A stretch of 64,000 bases of DNA from an uncultured delta proteobacterium (lineage in GTDB: Bacteria > Desulfobacterota > Binatia > UBA9968): NCBI GenBank assembly GCA_963804165.1, contig CAWDPO010000040.1:64001-128000 (forward strand), given 5' to 3'. The notes under the pieces are model-generated. The model did not search any database, was not told the DNA's origin, and saw nothing but the letters and a program-made list of their open reading frames with translations. Within the stretch, counting starts at the first letter, position 1. Every line of letters begins with the position of its first letter. This document shows positions 55,854 to 64,000 of the stretch, in pieces. A program made the position numbers and the translations under genes.

Positions 55854-56395
55854 AGTGGCTGACCGAGGGCAGTGTTTTGGAAGCGAACGCACGGCGGGAA
55901 GGCCTATGCTCCGGCGAATAGGCGAGGGCGGCTAGTTTGTTCAGGAAAGTGCTGAACAGAAATTAAACCGGCGCGAGATCCTTTCCAGTTCGTCGTCTGA
56001 GTTCAGGATACTTTTTTCTTGGCGTCGTTTCTTTTGTTGCGCATTAGTTATCCTTCAATCGGAAGTTGACGAATACTCGTGTTTGCGAGCTCTGTTCCGG
56101 GCCGTGTTTTCCCGGGATGGAAGAGTAAGCCTTCCGATAGCCTTACCGTCACTCCACCACAAAGGCGTCCTGACCCCCAGGGTGCCTTTTTTCGTTTTTG
56201 CGTTGCAGTTCTGTGATTCACATTCGGTTAGGCTTATGGGCATCGTCACGACGGAATGTGCGGACTGTCTGGTGTCCGTCATTCGCCTAATTCCTGCTTT
56301 CGGTTGTACGCAAAACCACGTCGAATTGCTGTCGGGCGATGGGCCGCCCGGCGAAAAACCTATCGAGCTCGCTGAAAACGAAGGCGTACAGTCTT

Positions 56396-56411
56396 TGGCA
56401 TGTTGGTTGCT
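56396..56411 (+). promoter_or_regulatory. Sigma54 promoter
   Basis: TGGCATGTTGGTTGCT. Confidence 0.75.
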
Positions 56412-56500
56412 CCCTATCATGGAGTAACTTTTGATCTCTGGGGATCTTTTGAAAATCGCCAGAACACTACACGAACATCAAATCTAAAAGGAGGAAATCT

Positions 56501-57085
56501 ATGAAGCCAAAGATTTTGTTACTTTCCGGATCGATTTTGACTGCGGCGTGGATGACCAGCGGTGTCGCGTTTGCGCAGCCTTCAGGAGCCACCAAACCAG
56601 AAAAGATCAATCCGGACGTATCCGGACCCGGAGCATCGAAGGGCGGATCGCAATCAGAACGCACCGGAGAAACTGGAGTGCCGTTACCCAAAGGCAGTCC
56701 GCAAGCCGGAACTGTAGAAATGGGTAAAAGCAAAACGAGTAGCTCCGACATGAGCACCACAGAGAAACGTGGCGCGTCGGGGAACGTCAAAGAGGTCCAG
56801 CAGGCGCTTAAAGATAAGGGCTATGATCCTGGTCCAATCGACGGCGCAATGGGCGCGCGTACAAAGGAAGCGCTCAAGTCTTTTCAGACCGCGAGTAATC
56901 TTCGACCCACTGGTACGCTCAACGCTGAAACTGCAGAGAAGCTCGGCGTCCAATCCAGCAGTTCGACAAGTTCGAGTCGATCCAGCACCGGACCGGCAGC
57001 GTCCCGCGACAAAATGAAGTCCGGCGATACGAGCGTGGGCAAAGACACCGACCAGCCGAATCAAACGCCGTCAAAAATGAAGTAA
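56501..57085 (+). CDS. Secreted peptidoglycan-binding domain protein
   Basis: VKEVQQALKDKGYDPGPIDGAMG..T..ALKSFQ...L..TG.L. Confidence 0.88.
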   Translation: MKPKILLLSGSILTAAWMTSGVAFAQPSGATKPEKINPDVSGPGASKGGSQSERTGETGVPLPKGSPQAGTVEMGKSKTSSSDMSTTEKRGASGNVKEVQQALKDKGYDPGPIDGAMGARTKEALKSFQTASNLRPTGTLNAETAEKLGVQSSSSTSSSRSSTGPAASRDKMKSGDTSVGKDTDQPNQTPSKMK

Positions 57086-57639
57086 ACAGGACAAGCGAAA
57101 TCTGATCAGGTCACCGCCGCGGTCAGACGCCGCGCGGTGGCTTGGTCGTGATGTAATGGCGCGCTACTTCGTTTGTTCATTTTGTACGGATCATTGGACG
57201 GTCGGTGAGTTTGTGGATCCAATGGTGTGGATGACGGGACTTAACTTAACTATTATAGATGTACCGCGCCTCGCGGCGGAATCTTCATATGGGTAAAGCG
57301 ATTCATTCCAGGTGAGGCAATCGTCAACCATCCCAAGCCAGTCGCTCTTCACGGTCGCGGCGGAAGGATAGACGACCTAACAATTTCCTTCCTGACGCGT
57401 CACAAACAGAGACAGTTGCGCCTGGATTCCTGCCAGGAAAGTGCCGGGCAGCACGAACCGTGGCGTTCTAAGTGATACGGAATTGAGTTGCTAGAGAAGC
57501 GGTACAAAGACGCTTTGGCTCAATTAGCGCCGTCCACCACGATTGTTTGGACGGTGCAGGGATCTCGTGAGCAAGTGCGTCCGAGAGGTGCTGTCGGTAA
57601 AGCTTCATCCCGGTTATCGCGCTGTCCGGGCCGGAAAAA

Positions 57640-57705
57640 CTAGGTCCACGGAGGCGGCCAGTTCCGTCGTCCTCTGTGCATCAGATGATGGCGCAGCTGC
57701 TGCAC
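57640..57705 (-). pseudogene. Degenerate tandem copy of the HPLM..WPP family
   Basis: VQQLRHHLMHRGRRNWPPPWT* versus MQLRTHPCMVYRGVPNWPPVWT. Confidence 0.5.
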
Positions 57706-57752
57706 TTGAAGACTCACTGAGCATCAACGCTTGCGGTTAAACTGCCGCGGCA

Positions 57753-58049
57753 TTATGGAATATCTGCCTCACTTATGTTTCCTATCGATTCCCCGCATTG
57801 GCCTCGCAAGAACTCACATATCTTCTCGCAGCATTCCTCATTGTCGAATTCAAGGGTTCCAATGTAGCGGCTATCAGCGAACTGAATAATCGCAAAGCAT
57901 TGCGTTGTCCCGACAGTTGAACGATGTACTTCTTCTAGAATTGCTGCTTGTTCATCCTGAAGATCCCCTAGGCCGGATATACGAGTCCACACCGGAGGCC
58001 AATTAGGAACGCCCCGATAAACCATGCATGGATGTGTTCGTAACTGCAT
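57753..58049 (-). CDS. Small hypothetical protein (HPLM..WPP family)
   Basis: Paralog of 14660..14971. Confidence 0.7.
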   Translation of the reverse strand: MQLRTHPCMVYRGVPNWPPVWTRISGLGDLQDEQAAILEEVHRSTVGTTQCFAIIQFADSRYIGTLEFDNEECCEKICEFLRGQCGESIGNISEADIP

Positions 58050-58780
58050 AAAACCCCACCAATCGCGCTCGTGACCTGGAGTTGGAAAAAAGCTTACAGC
58101 TGCTGCGGTAAGCCGCGGCGGGACAAAGAATAGAATGAGTGACGAACCGATAGGCTAAATCAGTAAGATATGATTCAGCCAACAGAGCCGAAACTGTCTG
58201 TGGAACGTACTGACCAGCCAAACGGTAGGGGAAGGCAAAATGGGGGTGGGAAAATCGATGCTAATAGAATGTTGGCCGTGTCTCGATTGATAAATAGGAA
58301 TGGCAGTTTTTATGGTAGAAGCTGAATAAGTGGGTTGAGTGAGAAGACGGGGATCATCTGCCAAGAATTCTGACAGTCCTATGCAGCAGCTAACTATGAG
58401 TAGCGCCGCTAGGAGCCTTCTGCACATGCGAAAATCCTTCTATAAATTCCCTTATTTTGTCAAGAGGTCATTTTCACACGGGCGCTATGTAGGACGGTGG
58501 ACCACATGCGAACGGGAGCGGTCTGAAGGGCATCGAAGCGGTGCTATCCGTCGATTGAATCGGGTCAGCAAAATCTTCCCGCAAACTAGCGTCGCTTCGT
58601 TTTTTGTCGCTTCAGCAGGATGTGTCCATCGGATAGGGTCGAAACAGCTTCCCACCCCTGCTCTCCGAGCTTATTTAGTTCATCGAGCAGCAAGTCCCCT
58701 CTTGTGAAAGTCGTTAGACGATAAGCCCACTTCATTCTCACATCCTCGTCAGGAACTTCTTTACAGGATTTTATATCGTG

Positions 58781-59320
58781 CTACCTGCTAAATTCCGACG
58801 GTTGACCCCAAGCTGCACCGAGCCACCCTACCAGCCAGACGATCGCCACGATAATTCCGAACCCGATCAATAGGACGGCGGAAATTATCCCTGCCACGAA
58901 GAGCCAGTCCTCCAGGTCGGCGCGGCGGGCTTCGCTTCCGGCATAGCGCTCGAGCAGCTCGGCGTTTTTGGCGTTACTCCGAAACCAAATGGAGAAAATG
59001 TCACCGAAGACGGGAATGGCGCCGATCAGTGCATTTGAGGCAAGATTCAGACCCATGCGAATCAGTACAATTTTGGGGACATTCAGTTGAACCGCGATAA
59101 CGAGAATCGCCGATCCCGCGATATTCGCGAGGGCATCGCCGATCCCGGGGATCAATCCCAAGATGGGATCCAGTCCGACTCGTATGGATGTGCCCGGAAT
59201 CGTGAACTGCTGGTCCAGTAGATGAGCGAGGAACCTGACAAAATGAAGGCGGCTGGCATTGGCAGATCGCGGCAGTGCTCTCGCCGTCCGCGCGCCACCG
59301 TTTGTTTCAGATCGCATGCT
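58781..59320 (-). CDS. DUF4112 family membrane protein
   Basis: LAHLLDQQFTIPGTSIRVGLDPILGLIPGIGD; start approximate. Confidence 0.9.
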   Translation of the reverse strand, partial: SMRSETNGGARTARALPRSANASRLHFVRFLAHLLDQQFTIPGTSIRVGLDPILGLIPGIGDALANIAGSAILVIAVQLNVPKIVLIRMGLNLASNALIGAIPVFGDIFSIWFRSNAKNAELLERYAGSEARRADLEDWLFVAGIISAVLLIGFGIIVAIVWLVGWLGAAWGQPSEFSR

Positions 59321-59861
59321 CATTCTAAATGTTTCCCGGCTGCGCACGCTCTACATGCGACCCGAAAAAATCTCGCGGCAAACCTTGGACGATGAAACTG
59401 CCATATCCTTTGCATAAGGTATCACGATGGTTCGGTCACACACGCCAGGAAAGCGCTACGCCAATCTTGATGTGGCTCAAGTAGAAAATGAAAAAGCAAT
59501 GAGCTGGGTGTTATTCTTCCGCAGTGGCTTCTAGAATCTGATTTTCCGTTGCTTGCAGCCAGACTTCTTGACCGTTTTTGAGCTTCACAGGCGTGAAGCC
59601 GGCTTTGTCTCCCGGCAATATTTTTTCGAAATTCTGAAAATTTATTTCTACTTGGTCACCTTTGTCGTTTTCAAATTTCATAGATCATAAATAGCATGCG
59701 GAGGGCCGTGGTGTAAGGTACACCAGAATCAAATAAGCCGATGGCTTCCTTTATTAACCGTGGTTTGGCTTGCCCAAGTTGCCATACACGCCTGCCGACA
59801 TGGTCGAAATGCTCGAGTCGATAGTGAGTCCTGTTACTGTTTTCTCGGGAATGGGCGCGGG

Positions 59862-61511
59862 TTATGTGCTGCCTTCCGTTAGGCGAACCAGCAGTCCTTC
59901 TTCTGCACGAAGTTCGAGTTCACCTCGTACAAAGTCGCCCGAGCGATCCATATGCGTAGAGAGCGCAATCCTTCCCTCAGACGCCTTGTTTGAAAAATTA
60001 ATAACCTGCGGCTGGGACCCCAGATTGAGTGCGACTAGAAATGCGCTCTCCTGATCACGGCGAACATAGGTGAGTAGATCCCCATCGGCTTCCATCGGTT
60101 CGAATTGTCCCACTTCGAGCGCGGACTCGCCGCGGCGAACTTTGATGAGGTGGTTGTAAAGCGTGAGCATCGAGGCCGGATCATCGCGCTCTGCTTCGAC
60201 GTTCACCTCGCTGCAGTCCTCAGCAATCGGCAGCCAGGGTTCGCCCTCGGTAAATCCGGCGTTCTTTGCCGCGCTCCACTGCATGGGAGTTCGCTGTGGA
60301 TCGCGACCCAGACCCTGACCCGGAACATTTTTCTCGAACGGGTCCTGCACCTTCTCCAAAGGAATCCTCGCGTCACGCATGCCGATTTCATCGCCATAGT
60401 AAAGCGTCGGCGTGCCTCGCAGGGTGAGAAGCAGCATCGCCGCCACCCGCGCCTGTGCCGGACCAACCCGGGATGCAATGCGCGACCGGTCGTGGTTTCC
60501 GAGAACCCAGTTCGGCCATCCATGCTGCGGCAGTGCCGCCTCGTATTCCCCGATGATGCGAGCGATATCACGAGCCTGCCACTTCGCGAGGAGAAGCTGA
60601 AAGTTAAAAGGGATGTGGACACCGCCAAGATCTGCGCCATAGTATTGTACGAGCCGCTCGACGGGCAGATAAATTTCGCCGATCAGCACCCGATCTTGGT
60701 ACTGGTTGACCAGGTGGCGCATGCGCGCAATCACCCCGTGCACATCCGATTGATCCGTGGTGTAGAGCGGAATCAGCTTTTGATAAGGATCGGTGCCCTC
60801 GCGCCAGCTCGGGTTGGGAGGATTATCGCGAAATTGATCGTCTTCGATTAAATGCCAGAGAACATCCACCCGAAAACCGTCGACACCGCGTTCCAGCCAG
60901 AAGCGCAAAACGTTGAGCATCTCCTCAACAACTTCGGGATTGCGCCAGTTGAGGTCGGGTTGTTCGCGAAGGAAGGCATGGTAGTAGTATTGCTCTGTGG
61001 GCGCGTCGTATTCCCAAGCGCTTCCACCAAAGCACGATAGCCAGTTGTTCGGCGGCCTACCACCGGCGCCGGGGTCGCGCCAGATGTACCAGTTGCGCTT
61101 GGGGTTGTCGCGCGACGATCGCGATTCAACAAACCACGGATGTTGGTCGGAACTGTGATTAGGGACAAAATCGAGGATGACCTTGAGGTCGCGCGCATGC
61201 GCCTCTCCGATCAGTCGATCGAAATCAGCGAGCGTGCCGAACAACAGATGGATCGCGTTATAGTCCGCCACATCGTAGCCGAAGTCCTTCATCGGCGACG
61301 GGTAAATAGGCGAGATCCAAACGGCGTCGACGCCGAGCCAGCGAAGATAATCCAGCCGTGAGATCAAGCCCGTGAGGTCGCCCACACCGTCGCCATTGCT
61401 GTCCATGAATGAGCGCGGATAGACTTGATAGATAATTCCCCGCTGCCACCAAAGGTACGTCGTCGCTCTTTTTAAGGTGTCCCGGGTTTCCTCGATTCGG
61501 TGATTGGCCAT
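59862..61511 (-). CDS. Alpha-glucosidase, GH13
   Basis: WWQRGIIYQVYPRSF, DFVPNHSS, GVDGFRVD and NHD motifs. Confidence 0.93.
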   Translation of the reverse strand: MANHRIEETRDTLKRATTYLWWQRGIIYQVYPRSFMDSNGDGVGDLTGLISRLDYLRWLGVDAVWISPIYPSPMKDFGYDVADYNAIHLLFGTLADFDRLIGEAHARDLKVILDFVPNHSSDQHPWFVESRSSRDNPKRNWYIWRDPGAGGRPPNNWLSCFGGSAWEYDAPTEQYYYHAFLREQPDLNWRNPEVVEEMLNVLRFWLERGVDGFRVDVLWHLIEDDQFRDNPPNPSWREGTDPYQKLIPLYTTDQSDVHGVIARMRHLVNQYQDRVLIGEIYLPVERLVQYYGADLGGVHIPFNFQLLLAKWQARDIARIIGEYEAALPQHGWPNWVLGNHDRSRIASRVGPAQARVAAMLLLTLRGTPTLYYGDEIGMRDARIPLEKVQDPFEKNVPGQGLGRDPQRTPMQWSAAKNAGFTEGEPWLPIAEDCSEVNVEAERDDPASMLTLYNHLIKVRRGESALEVGQFEPMEADGDLLTYVRRDQESAFLVALNLGSQPQVINFSNKASEGRIALSTHMDRSGDFVRGELELRAEEGLLVRLTEGST

Positions 61512-61551
61512 GGGTGCCGTCCGAGATCTGATTTGGTAAATTCAGTTCGTT

Positions 61552-63450
61552 TCAACTGCCTAAATCCAAGGATGGGAATAATACAACGGCGGCGTGCCCC
61601 GGGATACGCCATCCCTCATCGGTTTCCACCGGTGGGGTGCCAGAGCCGCCGTAGCGGGAATTCTCGCTCGACCAAAGGATTTCCCAGCGCCGTTTTTCAG
61701 GCGGCGCCAGCAGCGGCTCAGGGGCTGTTTGCAGATGTAAGTCGGCTCCTAGATTCACCAGCAAGAGCCGATCGCCGCTTGTTTCATTGAAAAAGCGAAT
61801 CAGGAATGCCTCAGGACCGAGCACCGCGCCGTCCAGAGTAACTGTATGCTGGCCGCTGAAAGCTGCATCTTCCTTGCGCAGGCGCAGAAGATCGCAATGC
61901 AGCGCGAACACGTCGGCGTGACGCTCACGCTCAATTAGATCGAGCTTGCATCGCTCGAACGTTTCGCGATCGCCCGGGTCAGGAAGGTTCTGCTGCATTT
62001 CGGCCGTCGCTAAACTGCGAAACTGATTTAAAAATTCGGCCCGTCCTTGGCGCACTGCGGCCGCGAGTTCGGGCTGATGGTCCGCAAAAAAGAGAAAGGG
62101 ATTCGATGCTGCGAACTCCTGTCCCTGGAAAAGCATGGGTGTGCCGGGAGCGAGCAGCATCAAAGCTGTTATAGCTCGGTAGCGGCCTGGACTCGTCAGC
62201 CGATGGAGACGAAGTCCCAAGCCGGAATTAGCGATCTGATCGTGATTTTGGATGAAGTTGATAAAACCTGCCGATGGGGTTCCGACAGCGGGCGTGCCGC
62301 GCCGCTGTTTCTGCCAGCTATAGTGTTGCCCTTGATATAGATAACCCCATTTGACGGCGGAAACGAACTCCTGAGGAGAGCCACGATAGTCCGTGTAATA
62401 GGCCTCGTTCCGTCCTGTCATGGCGACGACGGCGGTGTGATGGAAGTCATCATTCCAGAGCGCGTCCATACCATAGCCGTCCTGTTCCACAGGCCGGATG
62501 AGCTTCACGTGCTGGGGCTCGTTTTCCGCGACGATAATTATCTGCCGCCCATGCGCGACTTGGCGCGCATGGCGGGTGACCTCCGCGAGCACGTGCGGCG
62601 AAGTCGCATCGAAAATCTGCTGCGTGGCGTCGAGCCGGAGACCGTCAATGTGAAATTCGTCGATCCAGTAGCCGGCATTGGCGATGATGAACTCGCGCAC
62701 CGGTCCGGAATTTTTTCCGTCGAAATTGATCGGCCTGCCCCATTCGTTTTCATAGCGATCGGTGAAGTAGTCGTCTGAGAATTCCGTGAAATAGGCGCCG
62801 TCCGAGCCGAAGTGGTTATAGACGACATCAAGGATCACTGCGAGTCCCGTGCGATGCGCACGATCGACGAAACGGCGAAAGTCCTCCGGCGTGCCATATA
62901 ACCGCGTCGGCGCGTACAGAGCTACACCGTCGTATCCCCAGCCAAAGGAGCCGGTAAAATCGGCGACCGGCATGACCTCCAAGACGGTAATTCCCAACCC
63001 GGCGAGGCTTTCCAACTCGCGAGCGGCTGCCTCCCAGGTTCCTTGCCGCGTAAACGTTCCGATATGCATTTCGTAGATGACCTGCCCCTCGAGATGAATC
63101 CCGCGCCAATGATGGTCGGTCCACTCAAAGTCCCCTGGATCGACGATTTGCGATGAGCCATGTGGCCCATCGGGCTGAAAACGGGAGGCCGGGTCCGGAT
63201 ATGCGTTTGCACCATCCAGACGATATCGATAGAGCATTCCCGGCGCCGCATCGAATACCAGCCCGGAAAAATACCCCGCACCGTCCGGCTCGAGGTTATA
63301 AGCAGCTGCGGAATGCACGCCGCCAGCAGGCTCCAGCAGGACCTCCACTCGATTTCGGCGTGGCGCCCAGACCCGGAAATGGACTCCGCCCCCAGCCTGA
63401 AGCTCTGCGCCCACCGGCAAGCGCCGGAATTCGGCTTTATCATTTTTCAT
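61552..63450 (-). CDS. treZ: Malto-oligosyltrehalose trehalohydrolase
   Basis: FRVWAP, YEMHIGTF, WGYDG, DVVYNH, GLRLDA, WNDDFHH and QNHDQ motifs. Confidence 0.92.
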   Translation of the reverse strand: MKNDKAEFRRLPVGAELQAGGGVHFRVWAPRRNRVEVLLEPAGGVHSAAAYNLEPDGAGYFSGLVFDAAPGMLYRYRLDGANAYPDPASRFQPDGPHGSSQIVDPGDFEWTDHHWRGIHLEGQVIYEMHIGTFTRQGTWEAAARELESLAGLGITVLEVMPVADFTGSFGWGYDGVALYAPTRLYGTPEDFRRFVDRAHRTGLAVILDVVYNHFGSDGAYFTEFSDDYFTDRYENEWGRPINFDGKNSGPVREFIIANAGYWIDEFHIDGLRLDATQQIFDATSPHVLAEVTRHARQVAHGRQIIIVAENEPQHVKLIRPVEQDGYGMDALWNDDFHHTAVVAMTGRNEAYYTDYRGSPQEFVSAVKWGYLYQGQHYSWQKQRRGTPAVGTPSAGFINFIQNHDQIANSGLGLRLHRLTSPGRYRAITALMLLAPGTPMLFQGQEFAASNPFLFFADHQPELAAAVRQGRAEFLNQFRSLATAEMQQNLPDPGDRETFERCKLDLIERERHADVFALHCDLLRLRKEDAAFSGQHTVTLDGAVLGPEAFLIRFFNETSGDRLLLVNLGADLHLQTAPEPLLAPPEKRRWEILWSSENSRYGGSGTPPVETDEGWRIPGHAAVVLFPSLDLGS

Positions 63451-63510
63451 GGGAACATTTCCGAAATCTTTCCCGACAGCTGATTCGTGAAACCTCATCT
63501 ATATCCAAAG

Positions 63511-63685
63511 CTAGAAGCAAGAGCCGTAACGCTCTACGTATTTAGGATCAGCGAACATGCGCGAATTACACAAGTGCTGTTCGTTCTCGCGGCGGTACTC
63601 TTCCCACCTTGTCATGTCATAAACTCCGCCGGTAAACTCTTCGACTCGAATCCCTCTACTATATGTTTGCAGCTTTAACTGACAT
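63511..63685 (-). CDS. Possible small protein (probable frameshift near the start)
   Basis: AAGGAG RBS with ATG at 63685; second frame reads ...YDMTRWEEYRRENEQHLCNSRMFADPKYVERYGSCF. Confidence 0.4.
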
Positions 63686-63717
63686 GCACTGTCTCCTTTC
63701 CTTCCCGCACCGTAAAG

Positions 63718-63733
63718 AGCAAGCGCTATGCCT
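63718..63733 (-). promoter_or_regulatory. Sigma54 promoter for the treZ/alpha-glucosidase operon
   Basis: AGGCATAGCGCTTGCT. Confidence 0.7.
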
Positions 63734-63823
63734 TTTGTTTTGGTGTCATTGGGCTGTTGTTGCCATTTCTCTCCTCGATTTGAGCCTAGGCTTCCCGAAT
63801 TTGAGGAACACGCCAAGACGGGA

Positions 63824-63896
63824 CCTCAATCTAGAAACGTCAAACAAATCGGGCTAGCGATTCCACCGAACGTGCTGGCGCGGGCGGCTAAGTTGA
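63824..63896 (+). pseudogene. ABC transporter substrate-binding protein C-terminal remnant
   Basis: LNL....QIGLAIPPNVLARAAK. Confidence 0.65.
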
Positions 63897-64000
63897 ACAA
63901 TTAATCGACGAAGCTACGATGCTGGGGATTGAACTGAATTCTCCTTCAAAATCTTCCGTGAAATCGAACTTACGCGTCGTTCAGTTCCGATAGGGGCTTT

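Noticed and set aside
1-64000. Many frameshifts read as mass pseudogenisation or programmed frameshifting
   Set aside because: They are scattered single-base indels in otherwise intact genes with no internal stops, which is more simply explained by sequencing error
1-64000. CRISPR array, tRNA or rRNA
   Set aside because: No regularly spaced repeats or recognisable RNA gene motifs were seen

Overview
Bacterial accessory region of moderate GC. The lineage-type small-protein families suggest a soil Binatia/Deltaproteobacteria-like organism, which is an inference. Many genes carry single-base frameshifts, probably long-read assembly errors. The window has three main components. (1) A dispersed set of general-stress/desiccation genes: MscS, hemerythrin with an unannotated metallothionein, SDR, two YihY, SRPBCC, DUF3309, two BON proteins, HAD, PLD, CBS, entericidin, topoisomerase IB, DUF4112, alpha-glucosidase and TreZ. 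Many of these sit behind about 13 well-formed sigma54 (-24/-12) promoters with a recurring upstream palindrome, suggesting a sigma54-wired general stress regulon. (2) A ~16 kb five-module NRPS with a Cys-nucleophile thioesterase, a recent internal duplication and an apparently chimeric A domain, followed by a GT4 glycosyltransferase. (3) Several paralogous small-protein families, two candidate structured RNAs, a REP-containing MITE, a HEPN-like Zn-ribbon protein and several gene remnants. No rRNA, tRNA or CRISPR array was seen.
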